DNA of 64,000 nucleotides. Origin: Marine Group II euryarchaeote MED-G35. Lineage in GTDB: Archaea; Thermoplasmatota; Poseidoniia; Poseidoniales; Thalassarchaeaceae. The stretch spans positions 69,354 through 133,353 of the forward strand of contig NTJS01000001.1 of assembly GCA_002457155.1 (NCBI GenBank), written 5' to 3'. A program made the position numbers and the translations under genes. Positions 1 to 9,085 of this stretch are shown here, piece after piece; position 1 is the first letter of the stretch; each line of letters begins with the position of its first letter. The notes under the pieces were generated by a model. It saw only the letters and a program-made list of their open reading frames with translations, ran no database searches and had not been told where the DNA came from.

Positions 1-1
1 C

Positions 2-271
2 GTCGGTGGATTCGAGGGGTACTCCAATGGATTGGATTTCATGATGGACTCTACTAGAGTGGCAAGCGGGGACTTGTCGGTCGGTTATGATGTCGGACAA
101 TGGGGCCACTTCGTCCATACTATCGGAGGGCTGAATGCAGACACTATGACGGGTGACTTCAACGGGGCCTACTGGAACTTAGACCACAATGGAGCGACGT
201 CCACGGTTGGCATCGGCGACTTGGTAATGTCCGAGGGCGACGTAATTTCATGGGGTATTGACACATGGTGA
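2..271 (+). CDS. DUF4430 / transcobalamin-like C-terminal domain protein (5'-partial), putative cobalamin-binding partner of ECF S component
   Basis: Frame open from base 2; motifs WGHFVHTIGG, AYWNLDHNG..STVGIGDL..GDVISW typical of DUF4430; directly upstream of ECF S gene. Confidence 0.6.
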   Translation, partial: VGGFEGYSNGLDFMMDSTRVASGDLSVGYDVGQWGHFVHTIGGLNADTMTGDFNGAYWNLDHNGATSTVGIGDLVMSEGDVISWGIDTW

Positions 272-322
272 AATTCGCAAGTATGAAGTGATGCGGGGTA
301 GGCAGAGGAACGGGGTGAATGA

Positions 323-976
323 TTGTACGACTTCCATAATGTTGCTTTATCTCCAACCCAGTCACTTTTCCTAAATATCGCAATCCTATCGATCATCGTA
401 CTTTCGCTGATTAGGAGCGAGCGCTCTTTGAGGGATCAGAGTCAGTGGGGGATGCTCGCGCTCCTCGCAGTCTTCGGGGTCTCGGGCAGGATTCTCCTAG
501 ACCCAATCCCAAATGTTCAGCCAGTGACGGTTCTCGTCTTATTGACGGGCGCTTACTATGGAGCACCCCGTGCTATCGCACTCGCTGCCACAGTCGCACT
601 AGCATCGAACGTCCTGCTCCTCGGTCACGGACCCTGGACCCTTTTCCAGGCGATTGGGTGGGGTGCTATCGGCCTCGCTGGCGCGTTGTTTGCGAATCGC
701 ATCCTCATGGAGGGGAGAGTCAGAATCGGTCTTCTGGCTGTAATTGCAGCCGTATCCGGTCTGGCATTCAACTGGTTCGTCTCACTGAGCATCCTGTTCG
801 AAACCGGCTCCTCGATGCTGGTCCCCTACTTGTTGAACGGCCTGGTCTTTGACTTGTACCACGTAGCCGGGAACGTACTGTTCGTTGCATGGATGGCATC
901 TCCCTTGGGTGAAATGATGTCCAGACACCGGCCTTCTCGGGCATTGGAATCGGTTAGAGATGGTGCCCCCAACTGA
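323..976 (+). CDS. ECF transporter S component (CbrT-like, cobalamin)
   Basis: Hydrophobic; GRILLDPIPNVQPVT..., ALASNVLLLGHGPWTLFQAIGWG, NGLVFDLYHVAGN match CbrT-type S components. Confidence 0.8.
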   Translation: MYDFHNVALSPTQSLFLNIAILSIIVLSLIRSERSLRDQSQWGMLALLAVFGVSGRILLDPIPNVQPVTVLVLLTGAYYGAPRAIALAATVALASNVLLLGHGPWTLFQAIGWGAIGLAGALFANRILMEGRVRIGLLAVIAAVSGLAFNWFVSLSILFETGSSMLVPYLLNGLVFDLYHVAGNVLFVAWMASPLGEMMSRHRPSRALESVRDGAPN

Positions 977-1331
977 CGAACTCACCATGGTCCTCGTCAC
1001 TAGGCAGGACTTGCAACTATCGAAGGGAAAACTGGCTGCACAATGCGCTCACGCCTCGGCGGAGTGCGTCCTCTCGGCAAAAAGAAGCAACCCTAGGTCA
1101 CTAGATCGATACCTCAGGAGGGGGGCGAGAAAAATCGTCTGCAAGGTCCCCGACCTAGTTTCCCTCAAGGAGGCTCACTCCAGAGCCAAGAAGGCGGGTC
1201 TGGTGTGCCACTTGGTCACCGATGCCGGGCATACTGAGATACCACCTGGGACCGAGACGGTTGTGGGAATCGGTCCTGGACCCAGGGACCAGATCGACAA
1301 GATAACCGGACAGCTTTCCTTGGTCAACTAG
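960..1331 (+). CDS. pth2: Peptidyl-tRNA hydrolase Pth2
   Basis: RQDLQLSKGKLAAQCAHA, KIVCK, VTDAGHTEIPPGTETVVGIGPG, IDKITGQLSL. Confidence 0.95.
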   Translation: MVPPTDELTMVLVTRQDLQLSKGKLAAQCAHASAECVLSAKRSNPRSLDRYLRRGARKIVCKVPDLVSLKEAHSRAKKAGLVCHLVTDAGHTEIPPGTETVVGIGPGPRDQIDKITGQLSLVN

Positions 1332-1405
1332 TCTAGCCCCATCTTAAATGGGCAATCACGTGTTTTTGTCAGAAGAGTCTTGAGCCAACCCCGCGTGCGG
1401 GGGAT

Positions 1406-1930
1406 ATGGTGACGCATGCCCCTCTATCTGACGATGTCCGTGCCGACCTTCTGTCCAAATGTGATGGATTACGGGCCCTCACAATGTGGCTCGATGACAT
1501 AGAAAGACGACCCGGTCTGGACGAACTCGACTCGAGGCTTTCATCCCTGGATGTCAACATCGCGGCATTGGAGGATTGCATAGGATATTCCGATGACGGA
1601 TATCAGAGGAACGTGATCAAGAGGACCGACCACTACGAGCTAGTTGCCATATGTTGGAAGCCGGGCCAAGATACCCCAATCCACGACCACGTTGGAAGCG
1701 ACTGCGCCTTCCTGATTGCCTCCGGAGTAACCACCGAGACCATTTACGAGACCAATGGGGACGGTCTTGCATACCCAGTCTCTGACAGGAGATACCTGCC
1801 AGGAGATGTCTGTGCCACAGCCGAGCCAGACATCCACCGAGTATCTAACGAGGAGAACTCCAACCTGATCAACTTGCACGTATACACGCCGCCTCTAAGC
1901 GGATTCCAGATTTATGCCCCAGTTGAGTGA
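1406..1930 (+). CDS. Cysteine dioxygenase (cupin, 3-His Fe)
   Basis: YQRN, CWKPGQDTPIHDH, IHRVSN, NLHVYTPP. Confidence 0.88.
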   Translation: MVTHAPLSDDVRADLLSKCDGLRALTMWLDDIERRPGLDELDSRLSSLDVNIAALEDCIGYSDDGYQRNVIKRTDHYELVAICWKPGQDTPIHDHVGSDCAFLIASGVTTETIYETNGDGLAYPVSDRRYLPGDVCATAEPDIHRVSNEENSNLINLHVYTPPLSGFQIYAPVE

Positions 1931-3445
1931 TCAGCGACCTCTTTCGTGCATCAGTTGCGTTGCCTGTTGCGACCACATCATCTTGGTGACCCTACCCGGT
2001 GTGAACTCCATGGCGTCATTGACTACCTCTGATGTGAGTGGATCCATTTTTGCCAGTTGGTCGTAGGTGTGAATTCCTAGAACATTCAACTTCTTCTGGG
2101 CGAATTCGTCAAGCCCTTGGATTCTGGTTAGATCGTCCGACCTCTGATCCTCCGCTTCCCCAATCTGTGCCCAGTTTACCTGAACGGCCTTTAGGCCGAC
2201 TCTTTCCAAGATCAGTTCCTCTCTGTCCATTATGTTGGCCTTCAGGTTCAACTCGGCATGAGCAGCCTCCCTCTCGGCCTTCATCGCTGCCGTCTCAACT
2301 CCTACGAGAGCCTCCTCCTTGCCCTTCATCTCGCTCTGCATCTTGGCAACCTCTGCCTGTACCTCCTCCGCCTTCTTAGCTGTCTCTGATTTGAACTTCC
2401 TGCTGTCCTCAATCTCTTTCTGGACCTTCAACTTCTGGGCATCGGCCTTCTTGGCCTCCTCCTCGACTCTTGCGATCTCCTTCTGCTTGGCATTCACTTC
2501 CTTCGCCAGAGTCTTGGCAGCAGCCATCTCAGTCTTCATCTGATCCTTCACGTCCTTCAGGGCGCCCTTTGCCTCATCGGCCTCGGCTTTCGAGGCCTCC
2601 AGAGCTTCCGCCTTCTTCGCCATCGTGCTCTCCATCTTCGATTCGGCCAACTCTCGCTTAGCCCGAAACTCCTCCAGTTGTTGTTCTGCCTTCGACTTCG
2701 CTTTTCCAGATGCCTTGATTTGCTTCTCAGCAACCTTTCGCTCCATCTTTGCCTTCATGAGCTCCGCCTCCGCCTTCGCCGCAGCCTTGCCTTCCTTGGC
2801 GACCTCTGATCCTAACTTCTTTGCTTCAGACATCGCATCCTTCGCTTCTTTCCCGAACTCCTTGGCAGCGGTAGTCTCTGTCTTCACCTTCGCCTTGAGT
2901 TCTTGCTCCTTCGCCTTGAGCTCTTCAGGAGAGAGCTTCGACGAAGTCTTCAGTTCTTCGAGCGCCTTCTTCGCAGCGTCTGCCTGCTTCTGCGCAGCCT
3001 TCCTCCCAGCCTCGGCCTTCTTTGCTTCGACCTCGGCCTTTGCGACGGCCTTCGCTTCCTTCGCAGCAGCCTTGGCATCACCCATCTGTGCCTTCTTCGC
3101 CTTCTTCAACTCGGCCTGAGCAGCAAGGGCCTCGGCCTTCGCAGAAGCTTCCGCAGCCTTTGCTTCCTGCGGATCCGCGGAGGCCTTCTCCTTCTTCTCC
3201 TTCTTCGCCTTCTTCACTGGCTCCGGTTCTGGCTCCGGTTCTGGCTCCGGTGCTGCAGACTTCTTGGTTACCTTCCCATACTTCTTCTGTAGGCCCTTTA
3301 TCATAGTTCCATAGTTGCCCTCGAACTTTTTCAATAGCTTCGGGATATTCGCAATTTGCTTCGAACGCTCAGGCTCTTCCAAGAACTGTTTGTATGTTGC
3401 TTGGGCTAGTTTTGCAGCCTGTTCTGCAGTCGGTCCTGTCGCCAC
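1931..3445 (-). CDS. Ala/Lys/Glu-rich coiled-coil protein with C-terminal helix-hairpin-helix (COG3743-like) domain
   Basis: Long AKE-rich helical region, PEPEPE linker, C-terminal DDLTRIQGL..LNVLGIHTYDQLA..W.QQA. Confidence 0.7.
   Translation of the reverse strand: MATGPTAEQAAKLAQATYKQFLEEPERSKQIANIPKLLKKFEGNYGTMIKGLQKKYGKVTKKSAAPEPEPEPEPEPVKKAKKEKKEKASADPQEAKAAEASAKAEALAAQAELKKAKKAQMGDAKAAAKEAKAVAKAEVEAKKAEAGRKAAQKQADAAKKALEELKTSSKLSPEELKAKEQELKAKVKTETTAAKEFGKEAKDAMSEAKKLGSEVAKEGKAAAKAEAELMKAKMERKVAEKQIKASGKAKSKAEQQLEEFRAKRELAESKMESTMAKKAEALEASKAEADEAKGALKDVKDQMKTEMAAAKTLAKEVNAKQKEIARVEEEAKKADAQKLKVQKEIEDSRKFKSETAKKAEEVQAEVAKMQSEMKGKEEALVGVETAAMKAEREAAHAELNLKANIMDREELILERVGLKAVQVNWAQIGEAEDQRSDDLTRIQGLDEFAQKKLNVLGIHTYDQLAKMDPLTSEVVNDAMEFTPGRVTKMMWSQQATQLMHERGR
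3217..3251. repeat. 12-bp tandem repeat (CTGGCTCCGGTT x ~2.9) encoding the Pro-Glu linker
   Basis: Seen directly in sequence; encodes PEPEPEPEPEP on minus strand. Confidence 0.85.
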
Positions 3446-3486
3446 GGCTCATGGAGGAAATCCATCACTTAAGGATTTGACCGGAT

Positions 3487-4746
3487 TCAACTCCCAACTT
3501 CGATCCTGTATTCATCTAGAACTTCACTGAAAAGTTGTATGTCCGACTCGAATGTTTCTGGGAGCAGGGGGCCAAAAGAAAAGCGGAAGAAGCGAGAATA
3601 TGGCGTGACATAGCCCGGCTCCTTCGAATGAGGTCGAGCCATGTCGCAATCAGATGCACAGAGTATTGCTGCGCCGTGCTTGAACAACCTCCTGTTCAAC
3701 TCAGCGCTCTCCATCCCTTCGGGTAACTCTAGCCAGTGGTAGAAACCACCACCTCCCGTGTACACTCCCAGGCCCATGTCTTCGAATGCCTTCCCATATC
3801 TCTCTCGTTGCCAATTGTAATGCTCTTCGACAGCCTTCCTGGCTTTCTTTACCCTCCCTGGTTCCAGAAGCTTGACTGCATAGAGCTGCGAAGGATGACT
3901 GACTCCTCCCATGCCGAAGCTGGAGTAGTTTGCTAGGGTCTCGATGTTCTTCTTGCTGGCGACTATCCAACCAACACGAATGCCGGGAGACTGGAGGCCC
4001 TTTGTGCATGCCCCTGCAATGAACACATTGCTCCCGTCCAAATCCTGCACGAATCGGATGCCACTCACCGAGGGGGAATGGAACATCTCGTATGCCTCAT
4101 CAAGAAGAATCCCATTCTTCGGCTGCTCCGCCAACCCGATCAGGTGCTCTAGCTCATCCCCCCATCGAGTCTGGCCGGATGGGTTCTGCGGGTTGGAAAT
4201 TATCGGCATTAGTCGAGTCTTTGCGTTCAGGCCAGTGCGATCGAAGTACTCTTCATTGCTCGGGTGGAAGTTGTTCTCCTTGGTGAATGGGACGATCTGG
4301 AAGTCTGTCTTCGTCTGCTCCATGATGTCGAGATACGCCGGCCACTCTATGTTACCGATCCTCGCCTTCACGCCCTCCTTCAGGAACGCCAATACGGTGT
4401 AAATCCCAGGCCTCCCTCCTGCAAACACCATCACGTTCTCTGGGGTGATTTCGGAACCGTACTGCGTGTTGTAGTAACCCGCAATCGCATCGCGCAACTC
4501 CGGGTGACCCCCCGCCTTGGGATAGAAGCGGTCCTGCCAAGTGACATCTATGCTATCGGGGAGCGAAGGGCCACCGAAACCCTCCAGTGGGGTCGTGAGA
4601 GGGAATCCCTGGGACCAAGGGTGCGTGCCCTCGGTGCCCATGAAGCTCCCGAACGAGTCCCTGAATGCATACAGCGTCTCGTAGATTCCCATGGGTGGGC
4701 AGTTGTCAGATAGGAAGGATTCCACATCCACCCCATGCTCTGCCAT
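3487..4746 (-). CDS. PLP-dependent aminotransferase class I/II
   Basis: SNPQNPSG, LLDEAYE, CTKGLQSPGIRVGW (PLP Lys), FRFSFG; ATG at 4746 preferred over TTG 4770. Confidence 0.9.
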   Translation of the reverse strand: MAEHGVDVESFLSDNCPPMGIYETLYAFRDSFGSFMGTEGTHPWSQGFPLTTPLEGFGGPSLPDSIDVTWQDRFYPKAGGHPELRDAIAGYYNTQYGSEITPENVMVFAGGRPGIYTVLAFLKEGVKARIGNIEWPAYLDIMEQTKTDFQIVPFTKENNFHPSNEEYFDRTGLNAKTRLMPIISNPQNPSGQTRWGDELEHLIGLAEQPKNGILLDEAYEMFHSPSVSGIRFVQDLDGSNVFIAGACTKGLQSPGIRVGWIVASKKNIETLANYSSFGMGGVSHPSQLYAVKLLEPGRVKKARKAVEEHYNWQRERYGKAFEDMGLGVYTGGGGFYHWLELPEGMESAELNRRLFKHGAAILCASDCDMARPHSKEPGYVTPYSRFFRFSFGPLLPETFESDIQLFSEVLDEYRIEVGS

Positions 4747-4809
4747 GCCTCTACGTGAGGCATCTCGCAAATTAGTTTGACCATATGGCTCCGAAATCTA
4801 GCACTTCCG

Positions 4810-4825
4810 AAAAAACCGTTAATAC
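4810..4825 (+). promoter_or_regulatory. Putative BRE/TATA promoter of the RCC1-repeat gene
   Basis: AAAAAACCGTTAATAC; TTAATA lies ~25 nt upstream of ATG 4847, consistent with a leaderless or short-leader archaeal transcript. Confidence 0.35.
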
Positions 4826-4846
4826 AGGTATTATGCTTCGGTAACT

Positions 4847-7800
4847 ATGAGCACCCAGTATGTACCCAAAAGAACCCTTGCGCTAGTCCTATCCCTACTG
4901 TTCCTAGGAATGTCCATGTCCATGGGATTTCAATCCGAATATAGAGAGGAAATAGACGACAATATTGTCTCCGCGAATACCCACTCTGGCCTCAACTTCC
5001 CAGGCTCAACCGTAGGGTCGATACATTCCCTGACTGCAATTGGAGCAGCGTTTAACTACACCTGTGTGGTTATGGACAATAATCAGATGAAATGCTGGGG
5101 TAGAGACTCAGGCTCGGGATACTTGGGGAACGGGGGTTCGAATCAGAACGAACACACTCCAGTCAGCGTCAACCAACCTGACTCAACCTCGTGCTGCCTC
5201 ACTGACATCATTGAGACAAGTCCTGGCGGTCATCATACAGCTGCCCTAACGTTAAACGGTACGACGTTTGTCTGGGGCGAGGACAGCAATGGTCAGATCG
5301 GCCATAACCACATTAGTTGCGGCGGAGCATGCTACAATCCACATGGTCCTTCTGTCATGGCCGGGAGTAGGACTTTCATCACTGTGGTTACCGGTCTTCA
5401 TCACACTTGTGCTATAACGGAACCAGATATGTCCGTATGGTGCTGGGGGGACAACTCGAATGGTCAGCTAGGAACCGGGGACAACGATAGAAGAGTCGCC
5501 CCGACTCAAATCGAACTCCCTACGGGTCGGCATGCGGTATCGGTAAGTGCCGATTTCGACTCTACCTGCGTCATCCTCGACAATGGCAGCGGGATGTGCT
5601 GGGGGCAGAACTTCAACGGTCATCTCGGTGACGGGACATATAACAACAGGAACGTCCCTACGCCTATGTCTGTGATTCCAACTAACCGCTCTTTGGCCGC
5701 ACTCGATCTTGGCGCATACCACACATGCGGGATACTCGACGACGGGTCGGTGCATTGCTGGGGATCGAATGATCGCGGGCAGGTCGGTGATGGCAGCACA
5801 AACAACTCTACCTACCCAAGGGCCGTACAATTACCCCAGGGAAGAACAGCAATATCGATAGATGTCGGAAATGCACACAGCTGCGCTATTCTCGATGATA
5901 GTAGTGCAATGTGCTGGGGGTGGAACGATTACGGCCAGCTCGGTGACGGCACCACAAACAACAGTTCGACTGCCGTAACCGTCGTGATGCCATCTGGACT
6001 AGGATTGGCCGAAATATCGGCGGGTGCCCGTCATACCTGCGCGGTCGCGACCAATGCGTCGGTATACTGCTGGGGGGCCCATGTAGAGGGAACACTCGGA
6101 CTGGGCGAAGGCGTCGACAGCGACGTGCCAGCATATGTCGATCTTGGTGCCGGTAGACACGCTTTGATGAGCGAGAGAGACAATGACGACGATGGGATAG
6201 TCAACATCCTCGATCCGTTCCCCGAGGGCTGCATCACCCCCGGGACCTACGATGCAAACGGGATTTGCCTCGATGCCGATCCAGGACACTACGCTGCCGG
6301 AGTTCATCCCTACGAGCAATTCCCATGCAGCCCTGGGACATACCAGCCAAACTCCGGTCAGACAGATTGCATTGATGCCAGTGCAGGTAACTTCGTCGAG
6401 AATGCAGGCTCTTCTTCTCAAACCAATTGCGAAGCCGGTAGCTTCCAACCAGATTCAGGCCAGGTCTCTTGCTCACTCGCTGATCCGGGCAACTATGTTT
6501 CGGACGAAGGATCAACTCGTCAGGATCAATGCTCTGAAGGATCATACCAACCGTCATCAGGAGCAACCGGTTGCAATAATGCAGATCCAGGACACTTCGT
6601 GATAGGCTTCGCCTCTGAAGAGCAGACTCCCTGCCCCCCGGGCACATACCAGATGCTGTCCGGAGCAAACTCTTGCTTCCAGGCAGGCCCCGGATTCTTC
6701 GTCCCCGATGGGGGCTCGGTCGCCCAACAGCAATGCTCCACTGGAACATATTCCTCCGAGTTAGGCCAGGCAAATTGCACCGATGCCTCACCCGGCTTCT
6801 TCGTAAACGGGTTGCAGCAGACCTCGCAGTCACCTTGCCAACCCGGTGAATTCCAGAGCTCCCCCGGTCAGGACTCCTGCTTGGAGACTGATCCAGGACA
6901 CTACACGGATGAGGAGGGCTCGGCCGATCAGAACCCCTGCGAAGCCGGGAGCTACCAGCCGGATTCGGGCCAGACCTCCTGCATCCTTGCCGATCCAGGA
7001 TACTACTCGATTGCTGGGGCAACATCCCAGGTCCAATGCGAGAACGGGACTTACTCCTCGGAGTCGGGCCAGTCCTCCTGCACCCATGCCGAACCAGGGT
7101 TCTACGTCGACTTAGACGGTGCAACTGGTGCTACGCCCTGCCCACCAGGGGAGTACCAGTCCGAAGCAGGCTCCTCGGGTTGCGAGACACCACCACCTGG
7201 CCAAGTGGCTAGCCCAGACGGCTCGTCCATCTCGGTCTGCCCTGTCGGGAAGTACCAGCCAGGCGGGCAGACGAACTGCATCGAAGCCTCCCCGGGCAAC
7301 TACGTGAATCAGTCCGGAGCGTCTTCGCAGACCCCATGCGAAGCAGGCACATTCCAATCGGAACCCGGCCAGTCATCATGCGATATGGCCACTCCTGGAA
7401 ACTTCGCAGACTCGATGGGTGCTGTCAGCCAGACACCATGCCCCAAGGGACAGTACCAGTCATTCGGAGGACAGGACTCCTGCTTCTCGGCCATGCCTGG
7501 AAACTACGTACCAGAGGAAGGGGCCGTGTCTCAGACTACCTGCAAGGCCGGGAACTACCAGGCCGATGAGGGAGCAGACACATGCACCCCCGCCGACCCA
7601 GGTAACTTCGTCTCGTCTTCGGCTGCGGTTTCGCAAAGCCCATGCCAACCAGGTACCTACCAATCGACGGAGGGCAAGATTGCCTGCCTCCCAGCGGATC
7701 CGGGCAACTTCGTCTCAGAGGCCGGCGCAACCGAACAATCCCCGTGCCCGTCAGGGACCGAGCAGGAACTCGGTGGGCAGATTGAGTGCGTCGACATCGA

Positions 7801-7948
7801 GAGGCCGATATGGATGACAATCCTGATGTTTGCCGTCCCTGCGGTGGTTCTCGGAACCATGGCCATACTCTATATCTCAAACAAGAAGAAATCGAGCGAT
7901 AGTGGCCGTGGAAAGTCCTACATGTACTCCGAGGACATCAGGAAGTAG
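4847..7948 (+). CDS. Cell-surface protein: signal peptide, RCC1 beta-propeller, Ca-binding DNDDDG motif, ~15 Cys-rich GCC2/GCC3 (ephrin-receptor-like) repeats, C-terminal TM anchor
   Basis: Repeated CWGxNxxGQLGDG / HTCAIL; CxxGxYQxxxGQxxCxxAxPG repeats; WMTILMFAVPAVVLGTMAILYI followed by KKK. Confidence 0.85.
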   Translation: MSTQYVPKRTLALVLSLLFLGMSMSMGFQSEYREEIDDNIVSANTHSGLNFPGSTVGSIHSLTAIGAAFNYTCVVMDNNQMKCWGRDSGSGYLGNGGSNQNEHTPVSVNQPDSTSCCLTDIIETSPGGHHTAALTLNGTTFVWGEDSNGQIGHNHISCGGACYNPHGPSVMAGSRTFITVVTGLHHTCAITEPDMSVWCWGDNSNGQLGTGDNDRRVAPTQIELPTGRHAVSVSADFDSTCVILDNGSGMCWGQNFNGHLGDGTYNNRNVPTPMSVIPTNRSLAALDLGAYHTCGILDDGSVHCWGSNDRGQVGDGSTNNSTYPRAVQLPQGRTAISIDVGNAHSCAILDDSSAMCWGWNDYGQLGDGTTNNSSTAVTVVMPSGLGLAEISAGARHTCAVATNASVYCWGAHVEGTLGLGEGVDSDVPAYVDLGAGRHALMSERDNDDDGIVNILDPFPEGCITPGTYDANGICLDADPGHYAAGVHPYEQFPCSPGTYQPNSGQTDCIDASAGNFVENAGSSSQTNCEAGSFQPDSGQVSCSLADPGNYVSDEGSTRQDQCSEGSYQPSSGATGCNNADPGHFVIGFASEEQTPCPPGTYQMLSGANSCFQAGPGFFVPDGGSVAQQQCSTGTYSSELGQANCTDASPGFFVNGLQQTSQSPCQPGEFQSSPGQDSCLETDPGHYTDEEGSADQNPCEAGSYQPDSGQTSCILADPGYYSIAGATSQVQCENGTYSSESGQSSCTHAEPGFYVDLDGATGATPCPPGEYQSEAGSSGCETPPPGQVASPDGSSISVCPVGKYQPGGQTNCIEASPGNYVNQSGASSQTPCEAGTFQSEPGQSSCDMATPGNFADSMGAVSQTPCPKGQYQSFGGQDSCFSAMPGNYVPEEGAVSQTTCKAGNYQADEGADTCTPADPGNFVSSSAAVSQSPCQPGTYQSTEGKIACLPADPGNFVSEAGATEQSPCPSGTEQELGGQIECVDIERPIWMTILMFAVPAVVLGTMAILYISNKKKSSDSGRGKSYMYSEDIRK
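6320..7795 (+). repeat. Intragenic ~102-bp (34-aa) Cys-rich tandem repeat array
   Basis: About 15 units of CxxGx(Y/F)(Q/S)...CxxAxPGx(F/Y)V...Q in translation; boundaries approximate. Confidence 0.75.
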
Positions 7949-7999
7949 CCCAATAATGAAGACACACCAGTTATGTGAAACGCCCCTTCAGCGAGTCCC

Positions 8000-9046
8000 A
8001 TGAGGGATTACCCCGGAGACCGAGTCGACCTGCGGAGCGATACGGTAACTCAACCAACTCCAGGGATGAGGGAAGCGATGGCAAGCGCCATCGTGGGTGA
8101 TGACGTCTTGGGGGACGACCCAACTGTAATTGAACTGCAGAACAGGGTCGCTGGTTTGCTGGGCAAGCAATCAGCCCTTTTCGTCCCCTCTGGGACTATG
8201 TCCAACGCCGTGGCGATCAAAGCGCAGACTAGGCATGGTGACGAGATCGTCGCACATCGGAAGAGCCACATCTACCTGTACGAGGCAGGCGGGTACGCCG
8301 CTCTAGCTGGTTGCTCCATCTCCCTAGTGGACGGGCAATGGGGGCAGATGTCCCCCGAGGGCGTTCAGAAAGCCATAAGGAAGTCTGCAGGAAGCGATTC
8401 GCACTATCCCGATTGCACATTGGTGTGCGTCGAAAATACCGCCAACGTCGGCGGGGGCTCAATTTACGAGCAGCAAACCCTGGATGCGATTTGCGAGGTC
8501 GCCCACAAGAACGACTGCCGTGCCCACTTGGACGGGGCTCGGATGTTCAACGCCGTAATCGGCACCGGCACCGACCCAGCCAGGATGGCCAGAGACTTCG
8601 ACACTGTTTCCGTATGCCTATCCAAGGGCCTCGGCGCACCGGTCGGGTCGGTCCTAGTTGGAGATCGGGATACCATTGCCGAGTCCCATAGGTGGAGGAA
8701 GATGTTCGGTGGCGGCATGAGGCAATCAGGGATGCTCGCTGCCGCAGGCCTTTACGCGTTGGACAACAACATTGAGCGCCTGTCCGAGGACCACCAAAGA
8801 GCCAGGAGACTCGCCGAGGCGATCGGCAACATGAGTCGACTCTCTGTCGATATCGGGGCGGTGCAGTCCAACATGGTGTATGTCGACTGTGCCGAAGTAG
8901 GCGCGTTGGAGATGAGGAAAAGACTCTCCCAGAAGGGCGTAGACGTTCTAGATGAATCGGACTCCATAGTCAGGGCCGTCACCCACTTGCACATCACTGA
9001 CGAGGACATCGACAGGGCGATAGAGGCATTCGAAGCCTCACAATGA
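8000..9046 (+). CDS. ltaE: Low-specificity L-threonine aldolase
   Basis: [59 protein letters not shown]. Confidence 0.95.
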   Translation: MRDYPGDRVDLRSDTVTQPTPGMREAMASAIVGDDVLGDDPTVIELQNRVAGLLGKQSALFVPSGTMSNAVAIKAQTRHGDEIVAHRKSHIYLYEAGGYAALAGCSISLVDGQWGQMSPEGVQKAIRKSAGSDSHYPDCTLVCVENTANVGGGSIYEQQTLDAICEVAHKNDCRAHLDGARMFNAVIGTGTDPARMARDFDTVSVCLSKGLGAPVGSVLVGDRDTIAESHRWRKMFGGGMRQSGMLAAAGLYALDNNIERLSEDHQRARRLAEAIGNMSRLSVDIGAVQSNMVYVDCAEVGALEMRKRLSQKGVDVLDESDSIVRAVTHLHITDEDIDRAIEAFEASQ

Positions 9047-9085
9047 CCCGTAAGCGTTCAATAACCCGGCCATCTCGAGTCAGAC

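Noticed and set aside
6320-7795. Periodic DNA resembling a CRISPR array
   Set aside because: Degenerate in-frame protein repeats, not identical repeats with unique spacers
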